Assembly: GCA_018303365.1 (NCBI GenBank)
Contig: JAGVYI010000021.1
Span: 1-54,838, forward strand
DNA: 54,838 nucleotides
Direction: 5' to 3'
DNA from: Candidatus Woesearchaeota archaeon
GTDB taxonomy: Archaea; Nanobdellota; Nanobdellia; SCGC-AAA011-G17; JACPNG01
Part shown: in pieces, positions 17,647 to 26,076 of the stretch
Position numbering within the stretch: position 1 is the first letter of the stretch
Layout of the letters: every line of letters begins with the position of its first letter
Position numbers and translations under genes: made by a program
The notes under the pieces: model-generated
Databases searched by the model: none
The model's input: the letters and a program-made list of their open reading frames with translations, nothing else
What the model was told of the DNA's origin: nothing

Positions 17647-18032
17647 TTTACTCCTCCAGATTTCTCTAACGCATTTTTCCTCTTCTGGTCATTTAACTCT
17701 AGCTCTATTATCTGTATTTTTGAAGGCTCCAATGACCTTTGTGTTCTTGTTCCGTCTTTTCTTACTTGCTCTATTCCTTCTACAAACACTTTACCTTTTG
17801 TGGTATCAACCTTCAGTACCTTTCCAGTTTTCTTCTTGTTTTCTCCGCGGAGAATCTTTACTTTATCCCCCTTTCTTACCAATGCACTTCTTCTTCTGTA
17901 CTTTTTTTGGAGTTCTTTTGTAAGGTTTACTGCTAGGAATTTTCTCTTGATGTGAAGCGGTGCGTTCTTCCTATATTTTCTCTGTTTTCCCGGTTGTTTG
18001 CTTGCCTTCCAGGTCTTTGACCATTCCCTCAT
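17643..18032 (-). CDS. rpl24: 50S ribosomal protein L24 (uL24)
   Basis: KOW motif VRKGDKVKILRGENKKKTGKVLKV. Confidence 0.93.
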   Translation of the reverse strand: MREWSKTWKASKQPGKQRKYRKNAPLHIKRKFLAVNLTKELQKKYRRRSALVRKGDKVKILRGENKKKTGKVLKVDTTKGKVFVEGIEQVRKDGTRTQRSLEPSKIQIIELELNDQKRKNALEKSGGVK

Positions 18033-18033
18033 C

Positions 18034-18435
18034 TTATACTACCGCCCCTGCTACTTTTCCAACTCCCGGCCACCTTTCGGCAGCTTCTTTTGCTATTGGT
18101 CCTTTGAATATTGTTCCTTTTGGATTTCCTTTGTTATCCTTTAAGACTACAAGGGCGTTATCTTCAAATTTTATCCTCTCCCCGCTTGGTCTTTGATATT
18201 CTTTTTTTTGCCTGACAACGATACCAAGGACTACCTGTTTTCTCATATCTGGTCTTCCTTTTACTACGGATCCCATAATAAGGTCGCCGACTCCTGCTGC
18301 TTGTCTTCTTCTTCTTACGGTTTTATGTCTAAAGACAGTGAAAATTTTCACCACTTTGGCCCCTGAGTTGTCACAAGTCTCTATACGAGATCCAACAGGG
18401 ATTGCCCTTCCTACTCTTGATTTTACGGCTTTCAT
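18034..18435 (-). CDS. rpl14: 50S ribosomal protein L14 (uL14)
   Basis: CDNSGAKVVKIFTV..GDLIMGSVVKG..FEDNALVVL. Confidence 0.95.
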   Translation of the reverse strand: MKAVKSRVGRAIPVGSRIETCDNSGAKVVKIFTVFRHKTVRRRRQAAGVGDLIMGSVVKGRPDMRKQVVLGIVVRQKKEYQRPSGERIKFEDNALVVLKDNKGNPKGTIFKGPIAKEAAERWPGVGKVAGAVV

Positions 18436-18755
18436 TTGATAACTTCCACCACCACGAAGTTCTTTGTTTTACTTATTGGTCTTGTTTGCACGGCTTTTAC
18501 TTTATCTCCAACATTAATGTTCAAACAGGCTGGAAGGTGCACGTGCAACCTGCTCCTTCTTTTCTCGTATCGTTCATACTTTTGTATGTAGTATGCTCTT
18601 TGCCACTGGATTGTGCCTGTCCTTGTTGAGGATAATCTGATTATCCACCCCCTGACACTTCGCCCCTTTACTGTAAGTTTTCCATGAAAGGGACACTTTC
18701 TATCTTTACACTCTTTTCTTGGTGTTTCTATTCCTATTCCAATTGTATTTTTCAT
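18432..18755 (-). CDS. rps17: 30S ribosomal protein S17 (uS17)
   Basis: CKDRKCPFHGKLTVKGR..GDKVKAVQTRPISKTK. Confidence 0.95.
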   Translation of the reverse strand: MKNTIGIGIETPRKECKDRKCPFHGKLTVKGRSVRGWIIRLSSTRTGTIQWQRAYYIQKYERYEKRRSRLHVHLPACLNINVGDKVKAVQTRPISKTKNFVVVEVIK

Positions 18756-19027
18756 GTGTTTCTTCTCACTTTCTTTACTCTTTCTTCCGGACGATTTTCT
18801 AGCACTTTCCCCTTTAGCTCGTAGGTCAGATTATTTATTCTTGTCTTGAATGTAATCTGCCTTTTGATGATTTTTCTTTCCCCCTTTGGTGTAAGTATTG
18901 TAAATGTACCTTTTGTCTCGTCGATGACCTTTCCTTTCATTCCGACCAAACTTGAGTTGCTTGCAGCTGTTATTGCTATTTGCTTTCCGATAAACTCCTG
19001 TTTTTGTATACTCCCTTTTAAGATCAT
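18752..19027 (-). CDS. rnp1: RNase P protein component 1 (Rpp29/Pop4)
   Basis: FIGKQIAITAASNSSLVGMKGKVIDETKGTFTI. Canonical position between SUI1 and S17. Confidence 0.85.
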   Translation of the reverse strand: MILKGSIQKQEFIGKQIAITAASNSSLVGMKGKVIDETKGTFTILTPKGERKIIKRQITFKTRINNLTYELKGKVLENRPEERVKKVRRNT

Positions 19028-19028
19028 T

Positions 19029-19337
19029 TTATTCTATTGTAATTGTCTCCTTTGCAAATCCCATTCTTATGAGTTCTTCCTTAACTCTCTGTGCATGGTT
19101 CCCCTGCAGTTCTATCGCCTCTCCTTTTGTGGTTCCTCCACATGCCAGTTTTGACTTCAACTTTTTTGCCAGCTCTTTTAAGTTGATATCTTTCTTGTTT
19201 ATCCCTTCCACGATTGTTATTATTTTTCCAAACTTTCTTTTTACCTTTCTTACCTTGATGCGTTGTTCTTCTTTTGTTATCTCTTCCCATACCCCCAATT
19301 CTTTGGGAAGGCCTGTGATGGGGTCTATATTACTCAT
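19029..19337 (-). CDS. sui1: translation initiation factor SUI1 (aIF1)
   Basis: RIKVRKVKRKFGKIITIVEGI..LKSKLACGGT. Confidence 0.9.
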   Translation of the reverse strand: MSNIDPITGLPKELGVWEEITKEEQRIKVRKVKRKFGKIITIVEGINKKDINLKELAKKLKSKLACGGTTKGEAIELQGNHAQRVKEELIRMGFAKETITIE

Positions 19338-19552
19338 GATTCCTTTTTCTTAACCTCCTTTTTTTCATTCTCTTTCTGTATAAGGCGCACTATTGTTTTT
19401 CTTATAGCTTTAACCCTTCCGGGGTTTTCTGGAGCAGTTCCTGTAGATATCTGCGCTCTTAGCTTCATGAGTTCTTTTTGTAACTCCCTCTTCTTCTCTT
19501 CAGCCTGCTTTTCTGTTAGGTTCTTTAGTTCACTCTTCTTTATTATCGCCAT
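19334..19552 (-). CDS. rpl29: 50S ribosomal protein L29 (uL29)
   Basis: SELKNLTEKQAEEKKRELQKELMKLRAQ. Confidence 0.92.
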   Translation of the reverse strand: MAIIKKSELKNLTEKQAEEKKRELQKELMKLRAQISTGTAPENPGRVKAIRKTIVRLIQKENEKKEVKKKES

Positions 19553-20216
19553 TTTCTTCCTGCTTTACTTTCCTTGCCCCCTTTGCCTTCTTTGGTTTTT
19601 CCTGTTGTACCTCTTCTTGCTCTTTTATTTCAATCTTGTCTGGCAATTCGGTTCCTGGCAACAGGATGGATACCTTTATTCCAACTGTTGCTTTTTTGAG
19701 TTTTGCAATTGTTTGTGCTTTTTGAACAACATAATTAGACACATATCCTGTTTTTTTGAGGTAACCTCCTTTAAACCTCCACGTTCTTGCTCTTGAACTT
19801 GGAACTCCACTGCCACTGATGACAATTTCTGCACCCATCGCCCCTGCCTCCAGAATTGCTCTTAAGGTGTCATAACCGAGGAATTTGAATCTTTTTGGTC
19901 CGAACCTTTCTAGGGTGTAGGCTATTTTGTCCGCTACTGTGCTCGCATCAAGGAGAGGATTTCCTATTTCCCCCACCTCTACCTGAGGATTTTCCATCTT
20001 GAATTTGTTTTTGAGGGTGATTGTTAGTCCCCTTATGTTTTCTCCTTTTCTTCCTACAACCATACCTGGCCTTGCTGAATAGACTATTATTTTTTCTCCA
20101 AGAGGGATTTTTTTTACTTCGACACGGCTATGGCCTTTTCCGCCAACATTTTTCATTACAAAAGACTCTACTTCTAACTCCCTTATCTTCTCTGCAATGA
20201 ACTTTCTCTCTATCAT
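19530..20216 (-). CDS. rps3: 30S ribosomal protein S3 (uS3)
   Basis: KH domain IIVYSARPGMVVGRKGENIRGL, and operon position. Confidence 0.95.
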   Translation of the reverse strand: MIERKFIAEKIRELEVESFVMKNVGGKGHSRVEVKKIPLGEKIIVYSARPGMVVGRKGENIRGLTITLKNKFKMENPQVEVGEIGNPLLDASTVADKIAYTLERFGPKRFKFLGYDTLRAILEAGAMGAEIVISGSGVPSSRARTWRFKGGYLKKTGYVSNYVVQKAQTIAKLKKATVGIKVSILLPGTELPDKIEIKEQEEVQQEKPKKAKGARKVKQEENGDNKEE

Positions 20217-20671
20217 TTTTTATCCTCTTTCTTTTCCTTTGTCGCTTTCTCTTTTTTCTTCTCCTGTTCTTCAATGACAACTTTGATGTGCGTCCTTTTC
20301 ATCTTTCTTCCTCTTTGTCTTCCAAAGTGCATTGGTCTTGATGCTTTGTTAGGTATTATTTCCTTAATGCAGATTTTTTCCTGACTTAATCCTTTAAATT
20401 TTGCATTTGCTTCTGCAGCCTTAACAATCTGCAGGATTTGTGTACATGCCTTGATTGGATATCTTCCAGGACCATACTTTCCTTTTCTGTGCCCTACTCC
20501 CCCTCTAAATCTCTTGAAGGGTACAACCTTTTTTTTATTTATGATTTTCTGCAGGATTTCCTTTGCTTTTTGCACTTCTTTTCCCTTTATGGCGTTACTC
20601 ACTTCAATACTTTGTTTTGTTGAAATTGACAAGTCCATTCCCTGCGCTACTGCTTGTTTTTGGTTTTCCAT
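20213..20671 (-). CDS. rpl22: 50S ribosomal protein L22 (uL22) with K/E-rich tail
   Basis: LSISTKQSIEVSNAIKGKEVQKA..PFKRFRGGVGHRKG. Confidence 0.95.
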   Translation of the reverse strand: MENQKQAVAQGMDLSISTKQSIEVSNAIKGKEVQKAKEILQKIINKKKVVPFKRFRGGVGHRKGKYGPGRYPIKACTQILQIVKAAEANAKFKGLSQEKICIKEIIPNKASRPMHFGRQRGRKMKRTHIKVVIEEQEKKKEKATKEKKEDKK

Positions 20672-20673
20672 TT

Positions 20674-21069
20674 TTACTTTGCTGAGGTTGCTGCGCTTGA
20701 GCGCGTCGCACCCACTCCCGGTGCTGAATGTTCAGTCTTCTTTCTTGTCAGACTAAATTCCCCTAAATAATGTCCCAAGGCCTGTTCCAACAACTCGACT
20801 TGTTTGTACTCTTTGCCGTTGTATACCTGGAGTTTTGCACCTATCATTATTGGAAGGACAACAATGTCCCTTACATGTGTCTTGATTGGCTTTTTTCTCT
20901 GTCCTGCTTTTGCTTTCTTAATCTTTTCCACTAGTTTCTTCTGCTCTTCGGTCATCCCCCTTGTCAATGACCTTCTCTGTCTTGCAGGGAGCAGCCTTGC
21001 GAATTCTTTGACATCCATCTCATTGAGTTCCCTTATTGTTTTTCCCTTAAATATGAATTCTTTTGCCAT
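20674..21069 (-). CDS. rps19: 30S ribosomal protein S19 (uS19)
   Basis: IKTHVRDIVVLPIMIGAKLQVYNGKEY..GHYLGEFSLTRK. Confidence 0.95.
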   Translation of the reverse strand: MAKEFIFKGKTIRELNEMDVKEFARLLPARQRRSLTRGMTEEQKKLVEKIKKAKAGQRKKPIKTHVRDIVVLPIMIGAKLQVYNGKEYKQVELLEQALGHYLGEFSLTRKKTEHSAPGVGATRSSAATSAK

Positions 21070-21070
21070 T

Positions 21071-21784
21071 TTACCTTTTTCTTCCAGTTCTCTTTGCTCT
21101 TAGTAATCCAATGTTTCTACCAGGAGGTGCATTTCTTGGAGGTATCTTTGATTTTCCAACATGCCTTCCCCTTCCTGAACCAAACGGGTGGTCTACAGCA
21201 TTCATTGCTACACCAGATGTTTTTGGATATAGCTTGCCTTTTGCATGCATTAAGTGCCAGGCCTTGCCTGCTTTTACCAGCGGCTTCTCTTTTCTTCCTC
21301 CACCTGCGATGATACCTATTGTTGCCCTACATTCTGGGTGGAACTCCTTTTGTTTTTTCGATGGAAACTTTACGACAATCTTTTCTGGATACTTGGCCAC
21401 TACCCTTGCAAAACTTCCTGCAGCTTTACAGAATGCGACCTTTCCGGGTGTTGATTCTATGTTTGATATTTCTGTTCCTTCTGGGATGCTTTTAAGAGGA
21501 AGGCTATTTCCTGCCTTTATTTCCGCTTCAACTCCTGATTGAACTTCTTGCCCTGCATATATTGCTCCTGGTGCGGCAATAAGCGCGAATGATTTATCTT
21601 CATACTGGATTTTTGCTAGTGGCGCTGAATGACCCGGGCAGTGGATGATATCTATAATTTTCCCTACTTTTCTTACATCTCTTCCAACAGGACTGTATAC
21701 TATCTTGCCTTTGTGGCGATGACTGTGGGCCCTGTAGGTCATCGTTCCTCTTCCTCTTCTCTGTTGAATTATCCTTTTTCCCAT
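21071..21784 (-). CDS. rpl2: 50S ribosomal protein L2 (uL2)
   Basis: GRGTMTYRAHSHRHKG..MNAVDHPFGSGRGRHVGK. Confidence 0.96.
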   Translation of the reverse strand: MGKRIIQQRRGRGTMTYRAHSHRHKGKIVYSPVGRDVRKVGKIIDIIHCPGHSAPLAKIQYEDKSFALIAAPGAIYAGQEVQSGVEAEIKAGNSLPLKSIPEGTEISNIESTPGKVAFCKAAGSFARVVAKYPEKIVVKFPSKKQKEFHPECRATIGIIAGGGRKEKPLVKAGKAWHLMHAKGKLYPKTSGVAMNAVDHPFGSGRGRHVGKSKIPPRNAPPGRNIGLLRAKRTGRKR

Positions 21785-21785
21785 T

Positions 21786-22046
21786 TTACATCAGCCCAAG
21801 TTGGGTTGCTACATCTACTGCGGGTGTACTTTTTTCAAGTGTTGCATATGCCTTTTTCTTTCCTTTCAGTGTTCTTAGTGTGCTTACCTTTTTTACCTTT
21901 ACCTTGAAAACTTCTTCTATTGCTTCCTTGATTTCTCTTTTTGTTGCTTTTGGCTCTACTATAAATACCAGTTTGTTTTCTGTTTCCATTATTTTCACTG
22001 CTTTCTCTGTTGCCAGTGGATTTTTTATAACTGTATATGCTTTCAT
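21786..22046 (-). CDS. rpl23: 50S ribosomal protein L23 (uL23)
   Basis: PLATEKAVKIMETENKLVFIVEPKATKREIKEAIE. Confidence 0.95.
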   Translation of the reverse strand: MKAYTVIKNPLATEKAVKIMETENKLVFIVEPKATKREIKEAIEEVFKVKVKKVSTLRTLKGKKKAYATLEKSTPAVDVATQLGLM

Positions 22047-22852
22047 TTTGTTTGAAATAGGCCCTCATCCCTAATTTTTTTGATTGCTTTTTCTGACCAT
22101 ACCACAAGTCTTCCTGACTCAGTTCCGGGTGCGAGGTTACTTGTGTTAAGGTACTTCACTTTAACTATATCTACCCCATATATATTCTTCATTGATTTTT
22201 CTGCATTGCATTTATCTGCGACAACAATAAGTGGGCCTTTTTTTATTTTGTATTTTCTTGCCCTTGCCTTTCCTTTTCCTGCCCTCACTTTTTTCTGCTT
22301 CACCCTTATCAGCTCTTCTTTTAACCCTATTTTCTCTAATAGTGCCCTTGCCTTCTTTGTTGTTTCTATTGTTTCTATTTTCTCTTCAACTATCAGCGGC
22401 ACCTTCTCGACTTTGTGCCCTCTCAGTTTTACTATTCCTAGGATCGTACTTGCGTTTAATGCTGCACGGATTGCTTTTTGTTTTTCCTTTTTGTTTATTT
22501 TCTTATCCCAGATCTTGCTTGCTTTGGGGGGGTGTGCTCTTCTTCCTCCGACTGTTCCTGGAGCAACAGCACCAACCCAGTAAAAGTTTTGTCCTCTTGC
22601 TGACATTGTTTTTCTTGGTATCCTTGAGATTCCTTTTCCATAAGCCCCTTTGTATTTTCTTCTTCTCCTTGAGAGTTTTGCTACCTGTCTCATGCCTGCT
22701 TTTTCTTTTGCCCCATAGGCCTGCCTTTTATTAGCCTGAATTGTTTGTACTGCTTTTTTGATTACATCTGGTCTGTATGTCTCTTCAAATTGCTCTGGCA
22801 GTTCAATACTTCCTGTCTTTTTCCCTTCAATGTCAAGAACATCAACTTTCAT
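22043..22852 (-). CDS. rpl4: 50S ribosomal protein L4 (uL4)
   Basis: RQAYGAKEKAGMRQVA..GGRRAHPPKA, and operon position. Confidence 0.95.
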   Translation of the reverse strand: MKVDVLDIEGKKTGSIELPEQFEETYRPDVIKKAVQTIQANKRQAYGAKEKAGMRQVAKLSRRRRKYKGAYGKGISRIPRKTMSARGQNFYWVGAVAPGTVGGRRAHPPKASKIWDKKINKKEKQKAIRAALNASTILGIVKLRGHKVEKVPLIVEEKIETIETTKKARALLEKIGLKEELIRVKQKKVRAGKGKARARKYKIKKGPLIVVADKCNAEKSMKNIYGVDIVKVKYLNTSNLAPGTESGRLVVWSEKAIKKIRDEGLFQTK

Positions 22853-23802
22853 TGTTTGCTCTCCTTTGAAACATAAACTATCTCTGGTTGCATTATTTTT
22901 GTTTCTTTTCTTATTGGTTCTGTTAGAATCACTAGCCTCTTTTTTGGACCAGAGACTGACCCTTTGAGAAGGACTGTGCTGTTCTTTAGCAGACCATAAT
23001 GCGTGATTCCACCTTTTTGGTTGAGGTCTTGTGGTTTTTTTGTAATGGCCATCAGCCAGCGATTGTATTCTGTTCTCATATGGTATCCCATTTTTCCTGG
23101 TTGCGGTACACTAAATGCTACCCTTTTTGGAGTCCATGGTCCTAAGCTTCCTACACCCCTTTTCGTTTTCTCTGCTTTATGCTGCCTTATTTTTACACCA
23201 AAGCGCTTTACAGTTCCTTGAAACCCCTTTCCTTTGGTTATTGCGTGCACGTCTACTTTTTGCCCTTCTTTGAAGACATCCTCTATTTTGATGTCTTTTT
23301 CTAGGAAGGCCTTTGCCTGCTCAATTTTATTCTTTTTTTCTCCAGATAAGGCTATTTCAAATATTTCTGGCTTCTTTTTGCCGATGCCAGTTAATTTAGG
23401 CTGGGTATAGACTAGGAGTCTTAAATCATCAAACTCTTCTGGTTCTAAGCCTTTTTTAGGTATATTTGATTTTCTTTGTAACTCTTTTTCTACTTTTTTT
23501 GCTGGAAGCTGCCCAATTACCTTAAAAATCTCTCCATCCTTTTTGTAAAACCTTATTGCTAATGGCTTTATGGGAGGACACTCAATTATTGTTACAGCTT
23601 CACTGACTATTTCCCCTTTTGTGGTCTTTTGAGAATTATCCCTTATTTGAATGTGGGTCATTCCAGCTTTGTAACCAGCAAATGCCAACAATCTTGGCTC
23701 TTTTCGCTCTGCCCATTTCCTTACTCTTGCATATGGTCGTTTTGCCCTCTTTCTAGGCCAAAACTGCATACTTCCTCTTCTGGGTGACCTTGTTCTTGGC
23801 AT
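22849..23802 (-). CDS. rpl3: 50S ribosomal protein L3 (uL3), first gene of the r-protein operon
   Basis: MPRTRSPRRGSMQFWPRKRA..FAGYKAGMTH..GKGFQGTVKR. Confidence 0.96.
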   Translation of the reverse strand: MPRTRSPRRGSMQFWPRKRAKRPYARVRKWAERKEPRLLAFAGYKAGMTHIQIRDNSQKTTKGEIVSEAVTIIECPPIKPLAIRFYKKDGEIFKVIGQLPAKKVEKELQRKSNIPKKGLEPEEFDDLRLLVYTQPKLTGIGKKKPEIFEIALSGEKKNKIEQAKAFLEKDIKIEDVFKEGQKVDVHAITKGKGFQGTVKRFGVKIRQHKAEKTKRGVGSLGPWTPKRVAFSVPQPGKMGYHMRTEYNRWLMAITKKPQDLNQKGGITHYGLLKNSTVLLKGSVSGPKKRLVILTEPIRKETKIMQPEIVYVSKESKQ

Positions 23803-23911
23803 ATTATTTTCCTCTGAAAAGCGACTCTATGTTATTTGTCGCAATTGCCTCTAGAATCAGCGGCTGGTTACTTGCATTCAGTTAGGGGGGGTGAGTGGGC
23901 CTTTTGAAGTG

Positions 23912-23919
23912 TTTATAAA
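23912..23919 (-). promoter_or_regulatory. candidate TATA box (TTTATAAA) for the rpl3 operon
   Basis: Palindromic TTTATAAA in the 161-nt gap upstream of rpl3. It would imply a leader of roughly 85 nt ending in GAGGAAAATAATATG. Confidence 0.35.
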
Positions 23920-23963
23920 TATTTTGCTTTTTCTGGCCTTCTTAAGATTTGATGGTCTTTATT

Positions 23964-24458
23964 TTATGTTGTACAATATTCAAGGACCATCTCGAATCTT
24001 TCTTGTTGTCCACTTGAGGATCCTGTTATTATCCTTCTTTCTACGGTCTTTTCTCCAAGGCAGGAATTTCCTACCAATATGATATCTTGCGGGTTCTGAG
24101 TGTTCTTTATCAAAATCTGAAGGTTTACTTTTTGGTTTGTGTTTACCCTCCCTTTAATTATTTGCAATTCTTTTGCCAGATATTCTTGCCGCGCTTCTCC
24201 GTTTCCACAGGTGCTTTGCCTTGGGATTCCCCTTCTGATAATTTCTTCGATAGATACTGGACGCGCGGGAATTGTATCCGTTCTTTCGCAGGGTGTCGCT
24301 TTCAAGATTGCTGTAAGTAAACTTGCAGTATATGCACTTTCCCTTCCAATAGCTTTCTCCTGAGGCTTTGTTCGTAGTGTTACAAATAAGATTATTATGA
24401 AAATAAGCAGTACCACAATTACCAGAAGTCCAATGATCTCTGTCTGCCCCTTTTTCAT
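23964..24458 (-). CDS. type IV pilin-like protein with class III signal peptide (164 aa)
   Basis: MKKG|QTEIIGLLVIVVLLIFIIILFV: a short basic leader ending KG, Q at +1, E at +3, then a ~20-aa hydrophobic helix. 4-nt overlap with the upstream gene. Confidence 0.75.
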   Translation of the reverse strand: MKKGQTEIIGLLVIVVLLIFIIILFVTLRTKPQEKAIGRESAYTASLLTAILKATPCERTDTIPARPVSIEEIIRRGIPRQSTCGNGEARQEYLAKELQIIKGRVNTNQKVNLQILIKNTQNPQDIILVGNSCLGEKTVERRIITGSSSGQQERFEMVLEYCTT

Positions 24459-25045
24459 CTGTAGCTTTCTATAATAAGTTCTCCTATCCTATACTCATTT
24501 TTTCTGTCTTCTGCAGCATTTGGAAAATAGAGTGACACTGGTACTGATATTTTGTTTACTTCTGTTATTGTTGCCGGTCTGCTTTCATAGATTATCCAAG
24601 TATCACAGTTGTTCGGATATACCTCTTGGTTGTACTTTTCCTGGGTGCATTCCTGGTTTTCAACCTGCCCTTGTAGTTCTGGGTATACTTGCTTTACCAA
24701 AACCCTTTTTCTACCAAATATTGTTGCATAATACCCCTTTTCTTCTCCATCTATTACTTCTTTTGCTATGAGCAATTTTAATGTGTCAATACAATCCTCT
24801 CTTCTTACATTCTTGCTGCATTCAATTTCCGGCATGCCCTGAATTGCTCTGAGTTCCACTTCTGCTTTCTGACTTAATATTTCCCCACCTTTCTTTTGAA
24901 TGCTTTGTTTTAACACTCCAGTATAGAAAACGATTCCAACGACGATGAGCACAGTAACAATAAAAATGACCATAATCATCTCTATAAGCCCAATTTGACC
25001 TTTCTTAGAATACTTGGCCTTTCCCCTCACTTCTGAGTACCTCAT
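24455..25045 (-). CDS. type IV pilin-like protein with class III signal peptide (196 aa)
   Basis: ..KYSKKG|QIGLIEMIMVIFIVTVLIVVGIVF. 41-nt overlap with the upstream gene. Confidence 0.7.
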   Translation of the reverse strand: MRYSEVRGKAKYSKKGQIGLIEMIMVIFIVTVLIVVGIVFYTGVLKQSIQKKGGEILSQKAEVELRAIQGMPEIECSKNVRREDCIDTLKLLIAKEVIDGEEKGYYATIFGRKRVLVKQVYPELQGQVENQECTQEKYNQEVYPNNCDTWIIYESRPATITEVNKISVPVSLYFPNAAEDRKNEYRIGELIIESYR

Positions 25046-26069
25046 TAAGATTTTGTATTATCTCTTTCTGTTGAGCTATTTCCTGTAAGTCTGCCTGTGT
25101 TAGCTGCCTAACTTTTATCTTTTTATTTTCAAGGGTGGTTATTAACGTATGCAGGCTTTCCTTTATACGAAGATAGGTTGGATTTGGGCTTAATTGGTCT
25201 TGCATATCCTTTGCAAATAGTTTTTCAGCCCTTTTTTCGTATACTTTGGTTACCTTTTCCATTCTTTCGAATGCAGCCTCAAGAGAGCAGTCATACGACT
25301 TCTTATCTTTTGCAAATATAGACCCATAGAGCATTGCCTTTCCAAAAAAGACTGTTGTTTCCTGCCCTTCTTCTTTGTAGAAAGTCACAACCCCTGTGCA
25401 TTCGCTGTCTTCTCTGTTTCCCTGTTCGTCACACTTTTCTCCATCTGTTTGAATTTTGAGAACCTCTGCTGTTGGTGCTGGAGCAACTGTCGGTTCCTGA
25501 TTGATAAAAACATATTTTTTTACTTGTCCTGATTGTGGGGTATAGCTGTTTGTTTTTACGTTGAATATTTTTGGTATAAACTCAAAGTTATCACAGCATG
25601 GTTCTCCTTGTCTTTGGATTCCAACCAACTCTTCAGCTAGTCTTCCTGTTCCTTGAACAATGTATTCTGTCTGCCCATCTGCCAGAAAAAAGAAATTCAT
25701 TATCCTGTAAGGGTACTCCCAACTTACAGTCCATACCTTTAGTTTGTCCGCTTTTAATTCTGTGTTACTAAATATTGCTTCCTGGGTGCGTATTTGTGGT
25801 GAATTTTCTACACGCAGAACGCCGCATACTGGTTTGTTGACAGTAATTCCCTGTTTCGCAGCTAGTTGAATCTCCTTATTCGCGTTTGTTGCTACTTCGA
25901 GGGCCCTAAGATTATCTTCTAGCGCATTTACTGTCTGGATATTTCCTACCTCTTTAGAGATGTTTGATTGTCTTAGCGCTGACTGTACAAAGAAAGATAA
26001 AATGATTATCCCTGCAATTGCTACAAAAATATATTGAAATACCGGAGCGATACCTCTTTTTTCTTTCAT
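25005..26069 (-). CDS. large pilin-like protein with class III-type signal peptide (354 aa)
   Basis: MKEKRG|IAPVFQYIFVAIAGIIILSFFV. Globular Cys-containing head and a C-terminal helical region. Confidence 0.6.
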   Translation of the reverse strand: MKEKRGIAPVFQYIFVAIAGIIILSFFVQSALRQSNISKEVGNIQTVNALEDNLRALEVATNANKEIQLAAKQGITVNKPVCGVLRVENSPQIRTQEAIFSNTELKADKLKVWTVSWEYPYRIMNFFFLADGQTEYIVQGTGRLAEELVGIQRQGEPCCDNFEFIPKIFNVKTNSYTPQSGQVKKYVFINQEPTVAPAPTAEVLKIQTDGEKCDEQGNREDSECTGVVTFYKEEGQETTVFFGKAMLYGSIFAKDKKSYDCSLEAAFERMEKVTKVYEKRAEKLFAKDMQDQLSPNPTYLRIKESLHTLITTLENKKIKVRQLTQADLQEIAQQKEIIQNLNEVLRSEGKGQVF

Positions 26070-26076
26070 TATTCAT

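Noticed and set aside
12393-23221. Many 60-200-aa + strand ORFs (for example 13230..13823, 14428..14964, 16685..17233, 22080..22583) with S/F/L/P-rich products.
   Set aside because: All lie antisense to well-identified ribosomal protein genes. Their composition is the complement of purine-rich coding strands, so they are shadow ORFs.
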